DNA of 24,830 nt from a virus. Its lineage: Duplodnaviria; Caudoviricetes. The translations under genes were made by a program, and so were the position numbers. Below the pieces are notes generated by a model, which made no database searches, had not been told where the DNA came from, and worked only from the letters and a program-made list of their open reading frames with translations. Positions 1-7,575 of this stretch are shown here, in pieces (positions within the stretch are counted from its first letter, which is position 1; each line of letters starts with the position of its first letter). The stretch is taken from the IMG/VR virus record IMGVR_UViG_3300035135_001127, positions 1 to 24,830 of that record, one strand, 5' to 3'.

Positions 1-383
1 ATTTTGAGAATAGAACTCAACCAATCAGAAAAATCATCACCAAATCCATCTTCAAAATGCCAATTGTGAGTGTTCTCTGTAATATAATCAACTGACGGAC
101 TAAACCATCCTTTTGGATAAACTGTATAGGATTTTAAAGAGATGTATCTTTCTAGTGGATCTCTCGCAACAGAGATATGAGGAATATCCTTCACCTTTAG
201 ATGTTTTTCATACAATTCTCTGTGTAAGTGAGAAATTTCTATACCATCAATTGTGTCCCATATGTTTTGTTCTGGTTCAAATCCGTTTTGTTTTATGTTT
301 TCTTGTAGAAACCTACCAGCAGATCTAGGAATGTGAATGAAGAAAAATCTTTCTCCGGTTTCTTTATGACGATACGTTGGCAT
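1..383 (-). CDS. Sulfotransferase-family protein, 3' end truncated by the window edge (absent from ORF track)
   Basis: Manual translation from ATG at 383: MPTYRHKETGERFFFIHIPRSAGRFLQENI...HISVARDPLERYISLKSY...FEDGFGDDFSDWLSSILK, open to the edge. FIHIPRSAG resembles the 5'-PSB loop (FxHIPKTAG) and RDPLERYIS the 3'-PB motif (RDPxxRxxS) of PAPS-dependent sulfotransferases. Overlaps the upstream gene by 20 nt. Confidence 0.75.
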   Translation of the reverse strand, partial: MPTYRHKETGERFFFIHIPRSAGRFLQENIKQNGFEPEQNIWDTIDGIEISHLHRELYEKHLKVKDIPHISVARDPLERYISLKSYTVYPKGWFSPSVDYITENTHNWHFEDGFGDDFSDWLSSILK

Positions 384-954
384 TAAACCAGAAGGATAAA
401 ACATATCTAGTTCCCGTCTCAACCTTACTGACGTGATGTAGATACTCTCTATTTGAAAAAATCAATAACTTGCCTGCTTTTGGTTTCACATCATACCATA
501 CACTTCCATCGATATTATCAAATTGTGTGTGTCCTCCAATATAATCATCATTTAGATAGAGAAATGCTGCGAGTACATTAGGACTATACATTTCAGACTT
601 ATCATAATGAGGTTTCATAAACGTGCCAGTAGGCCATCGTATAACACCACAATAATCTAACTGTATTTCCTTATGAAAAGACTTACAAATTTCGGTCACA
701 TTTGCGATCACATTGGAAAATAGTTCATCCTTTGACAATTTAATATCAACGGGTTTTACATCTCCACCAAGATAAATTGCACCATAATCCCCATCAGGTT
801 CTGGTATATCAGGACCATAACTCAAGCTCTCTTGAGAATTTGAATGTGTTACCGCCTCTAAAAAAGTGTCATTTTCATCATGATGAAGATCGATAAATGG
901 TTTGCATAAAGTAGGATTTAAAAATTCCTCTTCGATATAAAGTAATTTTTTCAT
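364..954 (-). CDS. 2OG-Fe(II) oxygenase, prolyl-4-hydroxylase-like
   Basis: HxD motif (KPHYD), FLYLNDDYIGG, distal His (YLHHVSKV) and 2OG-binding Arg (GTRYVLSFW). Confidence 0.92.
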   Translation of the reverse strand: MKKLLYIEEEFLNPTLCKPFIDLHHDENDTFLEAVTHSNSQESLSYGPDIPEPDGDYGAIYLGGDVKPVDIKLSKDELFSNVIANVTEICKSFHKEIQLDYCGVIRWPTGTFMKPHYDKSEMYSPNVLAAFLYLNDDYIGGHTQFDNIDGSVWYDVKPKAGKLLIFSNREYLHHVSKVETGTRYVLSFWFNANVSS

Positions 955-1448
955 TATCTGTTATACCATATATTAAGTGCAAATCTTTCAGTTCCTTCTA
1001 TCTTAGTAACATGATGTTTATAAATTGAGTTAGAAAAAACAAGTAACTTTCCTGTCTCTGGTTTCACCTCACATTCTTCAAATCCAGTATGTCCTCCAGT
1101 GTAATCATCATTTAAGTAAAGAACTGCTGCGAACAAATCTGGTTCCTGATCAGGTCTATGTGGGTCGATATGTGGTTTCATAAATGTACCAACTGGCCAC
1201 CGCACCACAGCCGCATAATCTATGACTACTCTATCATCAAAAGTTTTACAGAGGTTTGTGACTCTATCAACTACGTTATTCCTTTCTTTCTCAAAATAAA
1301 TTCCATCAAGAGTTGTGAGATACGTGTTTCCACCTCTACTCTCATTACCGTAAGGGATTTCTTCTTTATTTGATTTAGAAAGTTGTATTAATTCTTGACA
1401 TTCACTAGAAGATATAAAATTCTCCTCGATATAAATTAACTTTCTCAT
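954..1448 (-). CDS. 2OG-Fe(II) oxygenase, prolyl-4-hydroxylase-like; paralog of 364..954
   Basis: KPHID, VLYLNDDYTGG, YKHHVTKI and ERFALNIW motifs. Shares RWPxGTFMKPH and GKLLxFSN with its neighbour. TAATG stop/start overlap at 954. Confidence 0.92.
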   Translation of the reverse strand: MRKLIYIEENFISSSECQELIQLSKSNKEEIPYGNESRGGNTYLTTLDGIYFEKERNNVVDRVTNLCKTFDDRVVIDYAAVVRWPVGTFMKPHIDPHRPDQEPDLFAAVLYLNDDYTGGHTGFEECEVKPETGKLLVFSNSIYKHHVTKIEGTERFALNIWYNR

Positions 1449-2335
1449 CTAGTAATTGTATTAGGTGGTCCAGCAAACCTTGGGTCATTATAAATTGGGT
1501 TCTCAGCATCTGGTTTATAGTTTGGATCAGGATAATCAAAACAATTTTCACCTTCATACTCAACAATCAGAGGGTTGATATCCTTACGTTCTGCATAGAC
1601 ATGATAGAAACAATTGATAGGCATCCCACCCATCGCTTGTAGATAAATCTTCTCACTATCCCAACGCTTAATAATAATATCCTGATGAGCACCGATGGGT
1701 TGAAGTTGAACTGTAATACTCTCTTCATGTACTAAATTTTTCCAATACTTTGGAAGGACAATGACTTTCTCGTTTTTTACACGACCACGAACATAGACTC
1801 CAACTTCAGGTCCCTCAATACATGCATACCGAAGACGATGATCATTTCTTGATGGATGTGGAATATCGAATGGTTTCGGTTTGCCATCTGCCTCCTGGTG
1901 TCTCGCTTCTAACCTTCCTTTTGATAGACAATCGACAGAACCAGTGACATAAACATCACCATCAACATACAAACTATCAACTGTCGATCCACCACTAAGT
2001 TTTAACGCATTTGGTGTCTGATCATTCCCAGTAATTAAAGTATTTCCAACTTGATTTAAGGCATATGGTGTTCCATCATCACCATTAAGGAACATGTTTC
2101 CATTGACCCACATAGATCGGTCTGCAGGTTCACAGTCCTCATCATCATTTTTAGTTCTAGCCACCATCAATGTGGCTTTATTCTCAACAACCTCTGTAGG
2201 TCCACCAATAACAACTGGTCCTTCTATACCAGCAGAACCATTAATTCTAGTATCACCTTCATTAATAGCAGGAAAGATACCAGTTCCAATTTTAAGTTGA
2301 CCACCAATGTTAACATCGTCCATGTTAAATGACAT
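1445..2335 (-). CDS. Probable virion spike/fibre-like protein with a C-terminal KxFxIxHP...EGPE...RG domain
   Basis: Beta-strand repeats in the middle (MWVNGNMFLNG, LNQVGNTLITG, LYVDGDVYVTG) are followed by KPFDIPHPSRNDHRLRYACIEGPEVGVYVRG, a module I recognise from C-termini of phage fibre/spike proteins. Lies downstream of gp5. Function is inferred. Confidence 0.55.
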   Translation of the reverse strand: MSFNMDDVNIGGQLKIGTGIFPAINEGDTRINGSAGIEGPVVIGGPTEVVENKATLMVARTKNDDEDCEPADRSMWVNGNMFLNGDDGTPYALNQVGNTLITGNDQTPNALKLSGGSTVDSLYVDGDVYVTGSVDCLSKGRLEARHQEADGKPKPFDIPHPSRNDHRLRYACIEGPEVGVYVRGRVKNEKVIVLPKYWKNLVHEESITVQLQPIGAHQDIIIKRWDSEKIYLQAMGGMPINCFYHVYAERKDINPLIVEYEGENCFDYPDPNYKPDAENPIYNDPRFAGPPNTITR

Positions 2336-2345
2336 TTTTTATCTC

Positions 2346-2966
2346 CTAAACTTGATTTTGCTGTTCTTGATACCTTTGACCCCCGACCTTAGAGTCTTTA
2401 ACTGAAACTGCATCGGACACTCCACGAATAATAGATCCATATATTTTTAATGTGCTATTAGCAATAACTTCGGTGATACCAGCAGAACATATTTTAGTGT
2501 TTATTTTTGATGATGCTATAATCTTCTTTGCATCAGCAGAAATAGTTTCTGTAGCTTCCAGTTTGATATTGCCTTTGTCTTTGGATGTCCCAACGGCAAA
2601 CAGTTCAATATCTGTTGCCTGCATTCTTATTTTACCATTAGTTGCAATAATGTCAATGTTGCCATTCTTGGCATTGATCATAAAGGTATCTTGTTCCTCT
2701 GTATTCGCACTACCACACTCAATTTGAAAGTTTCCTGGACACGCCGACGTAGTCCAACCCTTTCTCTGGCCATCTTTGTCCATGGCGAACCAATGCTCAC
2801 CATCAGATGCTTGCAACATAACGTCTGCTGTTACATCACCTCTCTTATGAATGTGTCCAAAAGAAATATACCCATGGTCATTTCCGAAATCGGTAGCGGT
2901 AAAGTTCTGTTTAATATTATTACCGCCACTTGTCCTATCATTATTTGTATTTGGGGATGTTGGCAT
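2346..2966 (-). CDS. Probable baseplate spike component resembling the gp5 C-terminal beta-helix
   Basis: Short alternating hydrophobic beta repeats (FMINAKNGNIDIIATNGKIRMQATDIELFA, GNIKLEATETISADAKKI) typical of gp5/gpV/VgrG needles. Lies in the gp5 gene cluster and is preceded by a TAAATA core. Confidence 0.5.
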   Translation of the reverse strand: MPTSPNTNNDRTSGGNNIKQNFTATDFGNDHGYISFGHIHKRGDVTADVMLQASDGEHWFAMDKDGQRKGWTTSACPGNFQIECGSANTEEQDTFMINAKNGNIDIIATNGKIRMQATDIELFAVGTSKDKGNIKLEATETISADAKKIIASSKINTKICSAGITEVIANSTLKIYGSIIRGVSDAVSVKDSKVGGQRYQEQQNQV

Positions 2967-2988
2967 CTCTGTATGATAAAGTATGTAC

Positions 2989-2996
2989 TATTTAAC
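2989..2996 (-). promoter_or_regulatory. Candidate T4-type late promoter variant (GTTAAATA)
   Basis: TAAATA core in the 33-nt intergenic gap, 22 nt upstream of the ATG at 2966; imperfect match to TATAAATA. Confidence 0.45.
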
Positions 2997-2999
2997 TGC

Positions 3000-5900
3000 C
3001 TAGACTAAATTGTCTGGAGTTCCTGGTATATTAAGACGTGGGTCATTGTTAGTAACATCAGTACCCTGTCTAGGAATAGCAGAAGGTGCTGTAGTGATTT
3101 CAGCATCGATGCTCTCCTGAAGGGTAGCATATACTGGAATGAGTTCACCAATAGTCTCAGAGATACCAGCATAACGAACACCTTCTTTGATAAAGACTTG
3201 ACCGTAGTATGGTTTGCCGTTGACATATCCAGTCTGCTTAAGACCAACCAAATCTGTAACCTGAAGAATATCCTCAAAGTCTTCTGGAACAATGATTGGT
3301 TTAAATACAGGTCTTCCTCTGAAACCAATTCCAGTATCAGATGGCATTGTAATATTTGGATACTCTGTATATCCAATTAGTGGTCTATTAACAGGAATAC
3401 TTTCAACTGTTCCAAAGGGACCAAGTTTTGGTGTTAAAGGTTCTCCATTGACTAATACAACATCATCAATACTATAGTTAATACCTTTCGCAGATGGTAT
3501 GACTTCAACAAGTTGTAAAGTAACAGGATATCCATCTCCAGGTGGTTGTGGATAACCTTGACCAGGTTCATCGGCAACAATTCTTGTAACAACACCTCTA
3601 CCACTTATAACTTTTGGACAAGGTGGAGGTATCAAAATTGCTGAAGCAGCAATAGGATTATCCTGCCAAGACTGAGAATTTGTAGAAATAACAATATCTT
3701 TACTAATTTTTAACGCTACACTAGCAGGAAATTCAAATTGCGTGACCGTGTCTTCAAGTTCAACTCTAATATCATAAGAACCTTGTGTTAGATTTACAAA
3801 AGTAGATGTTGGTCCACCAATATATGATCTTCTTGTATCTGTAGCAAGTTTATCATCAATATACAGTACAGCATTGTTAGAAGCCATCATTTCAATGTTG
3901 TAGGTTCCATTCTCAAAAAAGTTTACATTTTTCCAAATAAATGTCCTAGTTTCAGAATTTTCAGATGACTCTGATCCAGATGTCTCTGATCCAGATCCAA
4001 GAAATCCAGTGAGAGCACTACCTCCACCACCACCATCATCGTCGTCATCAACAATCGGAGTTATGTTGTGGTCATTCATCCAAGTGCTCCATCTACTATT
4101 TTTAGTTTTAGAAACGGGTGGACCTTCATAAGTTACACCTTGAGTTGAGACTTGAGGTGCAACATTATATGTAGAAAATGTTTTTGTATCATTTCCACTC
4201 GTGCCTCTTTGATAAAGAACTACACCACCAATTTCAATACTGTTTACAGCTTGTCCAGCAGTATTTGGATTATCATCCCACGTTAACTTAACAGTAATAT
4301 TTCCATTTCCATCATATAATATTTTCTTACCATCATCAGAGAATCTGGCATTATTTGTGGAAGATTTAATAGCAAATGTAGCATTGGTATCATCACCAGC
4401 ACCGTCTTTTAACTTTACAGTATTGCCACTGACAGTTAACCTTTTATTTGCAGCATTCAATCCACGATAAGAAATATCTACTGCACCTTCAGTTAAGTCT
4501 GCTACTGCACCTGATGAAGAACCCCAGTCTTTAGTACTGAATACTTTTTTTCTTATAATGTTATAGTTTTGAGCATCAAAATTTGATACTTCAACAGTAA
4601 TTGTGTGCGGTCCTTGTTCCAATAAAATTTTATTGGTTGATGGAGAGGTGCTTTTAAAACCTTCAAGTTGATAAACTTCAGTACCATCAACAAGTATTCT
4701 TCCTTGATTGTCAGCAGTACCCTTCAATCCATAATATCCACGATAGGGAATATTGATATCCCAACTATTAATATATTTGACACCAGCACCATCAGTTCCT
4801 TGTTCTGCTCTAGGTGGTATTGGAGAAAGAGCAAAACGATTTGTAAAGTCACTCCATCTTGAATCATTTACTGGATACCATCTCGTAGATGAGTTAGAAG
4901 AACGAGTTGACCATATTGGATTATTAGGACATCTCCCTTCACTAACAATAGGAGGTTCTTGTGGGGGTTCAGGTATGGGAGCTTCAATAGTTAGAGCAAC
5001 ACCCATTGGATTTTCTTCCCAACTTGTCGTAGAAATAAATGATGTGTCGTCTGCAAAATCGTCAGAAGTAATTCTGATTGCCAGTGCCATTGGGTTGATA
5101 CCTTTTACACTTGCTGGTTTGATATTTTTAACTCTAATAAGTTTTAACTCACCATTTATATCAAAACCATTAGTAGCATTGTCATCAAATAAAAGAGATC
5201 CAGAAGGAGAAAGTTGCACACCAGCGCGAGTTGACTGTCCACTGATTGTAATAGGATAAGTTTTTCCTGCCTCAAACGTAGCAGTGCCTGTGATAACTTC
5301 TTTTTCTTTATACCCAGTAGCAGTTCTACTTCTTTTTAATGTAACAGATTCTCTGCCTGTACCAATTTTAACTTGAGACAGAGAACTACCAGATACACCC
5401 GTAGCGTCATCCATTCTCAATGAAAAATCAATGTCTGCTGTACCAGAACCTCGAACAATCATTTCATATCCACTACCAACCCTTCTGAAACGAGCACTAA
5501 TAGTAGATTTCTTAGCAGTAGACCCACTATCAAATGAAAATCTGCCACCAGGTTCTTGAACCAAATCAGCAATTATTTTATGCTTTCCTTTTCTAAGGAA
5601 TTTTTCATAAGAACTTTTTCCTGAACTCTTACCGTTTGGATTAAATCCTTTCTTGTTAATAACAATAGCTTCTCCACCACTACCAGTAGTTTCCTTTATA
5701 GATTCCACAACGGTAAGTTCTACTGAATCATCAACTTCAACCTCAATATTATAATTGCCATCAGCAGGAACTTCAATGTTATCCCATTGAATACGATGCG
5801 TTCCTGCATATGGATTATCTTCTAATGGTTTTCTAGTATCAAATGGGCAAACACCATATTCATTCAAGAAACTACCACTACCATATACATTTGTTCTCCA

Positions 5901-7538
5901 CAATCTTCTGTTCGCACTATTCATTGCATTAACAGTATCAAAAATGACACCATTATTATTAGTTCTAGAAAGGGAAGAAGAACCATTGGGTGGTGTAGAA
6001 TTTACACCTGTTACTTCAACAGTTATTGTTTTCTTGCCACTTCCTCCTCTTTGTTTGATAATTTTACCACCAATCTCAATACTATCTACTGCCTGTCCAG
6101 CAGTATTTGGATTATCGTCCCAACTATATTGAATATTAATACTACCATTACCATCATATAATATTTTTTTACCATCATCACTAAATTTAGCGTTTACAGT
6201 TGAAGATTTGATTCTGAGTACGCCATTGATATCATTACCAGCACCGTCTTTTAAATTTACACGATTTCCATCTTTAACATCTAATCTTTTATTAGCAGTA
6301 TTTAATCCACGATACGAAATATTTAATCCAGTTCCTGTAGTTCCTGCAGGTTCATTGTTAAGTTGTACTGGCTCTCTATTTTTTTGTGTTGTAGGAGTAT
6401 TAACAAGGTCAACTTTAATTTGATGAACACCTTTAGTCAAAGGAATGCTAACTGTATTAGGTGCTCCCTTGAATATATTGATATTCATTATCTCACTATT
6501 ATCAAGATAGACTTTACAGTCATTATCACACATTCCATTAAAAGTATATGTACCTCCAAAGGGGAAATCTTCTTCCCACTCAAAAGTACACACTCTACCA
6601 GCAAAGTCACTGCCAGGAACATTTGACATCGATACTGGCGATACAGCATACTGATTCATAAATTCATCATTCCAAGCGGGATGAGTTACATCAAAAACAG
6701 TACGATTTGTTTGATTTCTGAAACTTACTTTCAGTGGTGCTTCTTTTCTAGTAGTCCAAAACGGTCCGCTAGCATTCTGAGCCAAAAACTCCTGAAATTG
6801 TTTTATTTGCTGACCGATAGGGTCTCTTTGAAGTGATGCAAAGAGTGTGGGGTCCCAAGAACCAGTCCTGTTTCCATTTGCATCAAATGTATTACCATAT
6901 CCTGGAAGTTCTGGACCAAAAATATATTCTTCAAAGTCCTCTTCCGAATCATAATATTGTACAAAACTCACGGCAGTTCCAACAAATGCTTTTAATACAG
7001 CACCTGAACCCCTCCCGCGATCATCAACAAGTTTTACTTGTGGAGCAGTTTTATATCCAAATCCTCCTCTTACCACATCAACAGCAAGAAGAGAGCCATC
7101 TCTACCAAAGATAGGATTACCAACGGCACCAACTCCTCCACCACCAGTAATTTTTAATATTACTGGATATGCTTTTTTAAATGCATTATTAGAACCACTA
7201 CTACCACCAGGGCCAGTACCACCTCCGCCAGTGCCAATAAGAACATCTCCTTCATCTAAAATAAGATCATCTGGACGAAGTCCTTGAACACCATCACAAG
7301 TTGATGTAGAAGCACTATCTGATGGCAGAATATCCTCAGGCGTTAGAGCATTGACTTCATTAATTGTAAGATATCTTGTTCTATCTCTAGTCTCAAGAAT
7401 AAAAATACTTCCAGGATTTAATGAAGCATATTTATTAGCCTCGGCAATCGTTACACCTTTAACATATCCTCTCTCAGAGTCGATATATCCGAGCCTAATA
7501 TCATTAGTAGTAGCAGCGCCAAAAAGATTGAACGACAT
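3000..7538 (-). CDS. Large virion structural protein with four PA14-like modules, bracketed by segments resembling the C-terminal half of cyanophage gp5
   Basis: Four PA14-like signatures (GTYTFNGMCDNDCKVYLDN, GNYNIEVEVDDSVELTV, GYYGLKGTADNQGRILVDG, GTYNIEMMASNNAVLYIDD), each followed by a GxH/YxI strand. N-terminal GGGGVGAVGNPI...GGFGYKTAPQV and C-terminal GPFGTVESI...GYVNGKPYYG segments. Confidence 0.75.
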   Translation of the reverse strand: MSFNLFGAATTNDIRLGYIDSERGYVKGVTIAEANKYASLNPGSIFILETRDRTRYLTINEVNALTPEDILPSDSASTSTCDGVQGLRPDDLILDEGDVLIGTGGGGTGPGGSSGSNNAFKKAYPVILKITGGGGVGAVGNPIFGRDGSLLAVDVVRGGFGYKTAPQVKLVDDRGRGSGAVLKAFVGTAVSFVQYYDSEEDFEEYIFGPELPGYGNTFDANGNRTGSWDPTLFASLQRDPIGQQIKQFQEFLAQNASGPFWTTRKEAPLKVSFRNQTNRTVFDVTHPAWNDEFMNQYAVSPVSMSNVPGSDFAGRVCTFEWEEDFPFGGTYTFNGMCDNDCKVYLDNSEIMNINIFKGAPNTVSIPLTKGVHQIKVDLVNTPTTQKNREPVQLNNEPAGTTGTGLNISYRGLNTANKRLDVKDGNRVNLKDGAGNDINGVLRIKSSTVNAKFSDDGKKILYDGNGSINIQYSWDDNPNTAGQAVDSIEIGGKIIKQRGGSGKKTITVEVTGVNSTPPNGSSSLSRTNNNGVIFDTVNAMNSANRRLWRTNVYGSGSFLNEYGVCPFDTRKPLEDNPYAGTHRIQWDNIEVPADGNYNIEVEVDDSVELTVVESIKETTGSGGEAIVINKKGFNPNGKSSGKSSYEKFLRKGKHKIIADLVQEPGGRFSFDSGSTAKKSTISARFRRVGSGYEMIVRGSGTADIDFSLRMDDATGVSGSSLSQVKIGTGRESVTLKRSRTATGYKEKEVITGTATFEAGKTYPITISGQSTRAGVQLSPSGSLLFDDNATNGFDINGELKLIRVKNIKPASVKGINPMALAIRITSDDFADDTSFISTTSWEENPMGVALTIEAPIPEPPQEPPIVSEGRCPNNPIWSTRSSNSSTRWYPVNDSRWSDFTNRFALSPIPPRAEQGTDGAGVKYINSWDINIPYRGYYGLKGTADNQGRILVDGTEVYQLEGFKSTSPSTNKILLEQGPHTITVEVSNFDAQNYNIIRKKVFSTKDWGSSSGAVADLTEGAVDISYRGLNAANKRLTVSGNTVKLKDGAGDDTNATFAIKSSTNNARFSDDGKKILYDGNGNITVKLTWDDNPNTAGQAVNSIEIGGVVLYQRGTSGNDTKTFSTYNVAPQVSTQGVTYEGPPVSKTKNSRWSTWMNDHNITPIVDDDDDGGGGGSALTGFLGSGSETSGSESSENSETRTFIWKNVNFFENGTYNIEMMASNNAVLYIDDKLATDTRRSYIGGPTSTFVNLTQGSYDIRVELEDTVTQFEFPASVALKISKDIVISTNSQSWQDNPIAASAILIPPPCPKVISGRGVVTRIVADEPGQGYPQPPGDGYPVTLQLVEVIPSAKGINYSIDDVVLVNGEPLTPKLGPFGTVESIPVNRPLIGYTEYPNITMPSDTGIGFRGRPVFKPIIVPEDFEDILQVTDLVGLKQTGYVNGKPYYGQVFIKEGVRYAGISETIGELIPVYATLQESIDAEITTAPSAIPRQGTDVTNNDPRLNIPGTPDNLV
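4190..4480 (-). repeat. Internal ~100-aa domain repeat, copy 2, in the 1512-aa protein (boundaries approximate)
   Basis: ISYRGLNAANKRL...LKDGAGDD...IKSSTNNARFSDDGKKILYDGNG...WDDNPNTAGQAVNSIEIGG...QRG closely matches the copy at about 6035-6330. Confidence 0.9.
6035..6330 (-). repeat. Internal ~100-aa domain repeat, copy 1, in the 1512-aa protein (boundaries approximate)
   Basis: ISYRGLNTANKRL...LKDGAGND...IKSSTVNAKFSDDGKKILYDGNG...WDDNPNTAGQAVDSIEIGG...QRG. Confidence 0.9.
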
Positions 7539-7567
7539 TATTGACTATACTTTGTCTTCATATTGTA

Positions 7568-7575
7568 TATTTATT
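7568..7575 (-). promoter_or_regulatory. Candidate late promoter (AATAAATA)
   Basis: Matches the NATAAATA cyanomyovirus late consensus, overlaps the gp5 stop codon and lies 29 nt upstream of the ATG at 7538. Confidence 0.6.

Noticed and set aside
113-328. Plus-strand 71-aa ORF in the track
   Set aside because: Antisense shadow of the sulfotransferase-like gene on the minus strand, which has recognisable motifs.
4190-6330. Duplicated ~300-bp segments as a diversity-generating retroelement template/variable pair
   Set aside because: Both copies are coding parts of one ORF, differences are not confined to adenines, and no reverse transcriptase is in the window.
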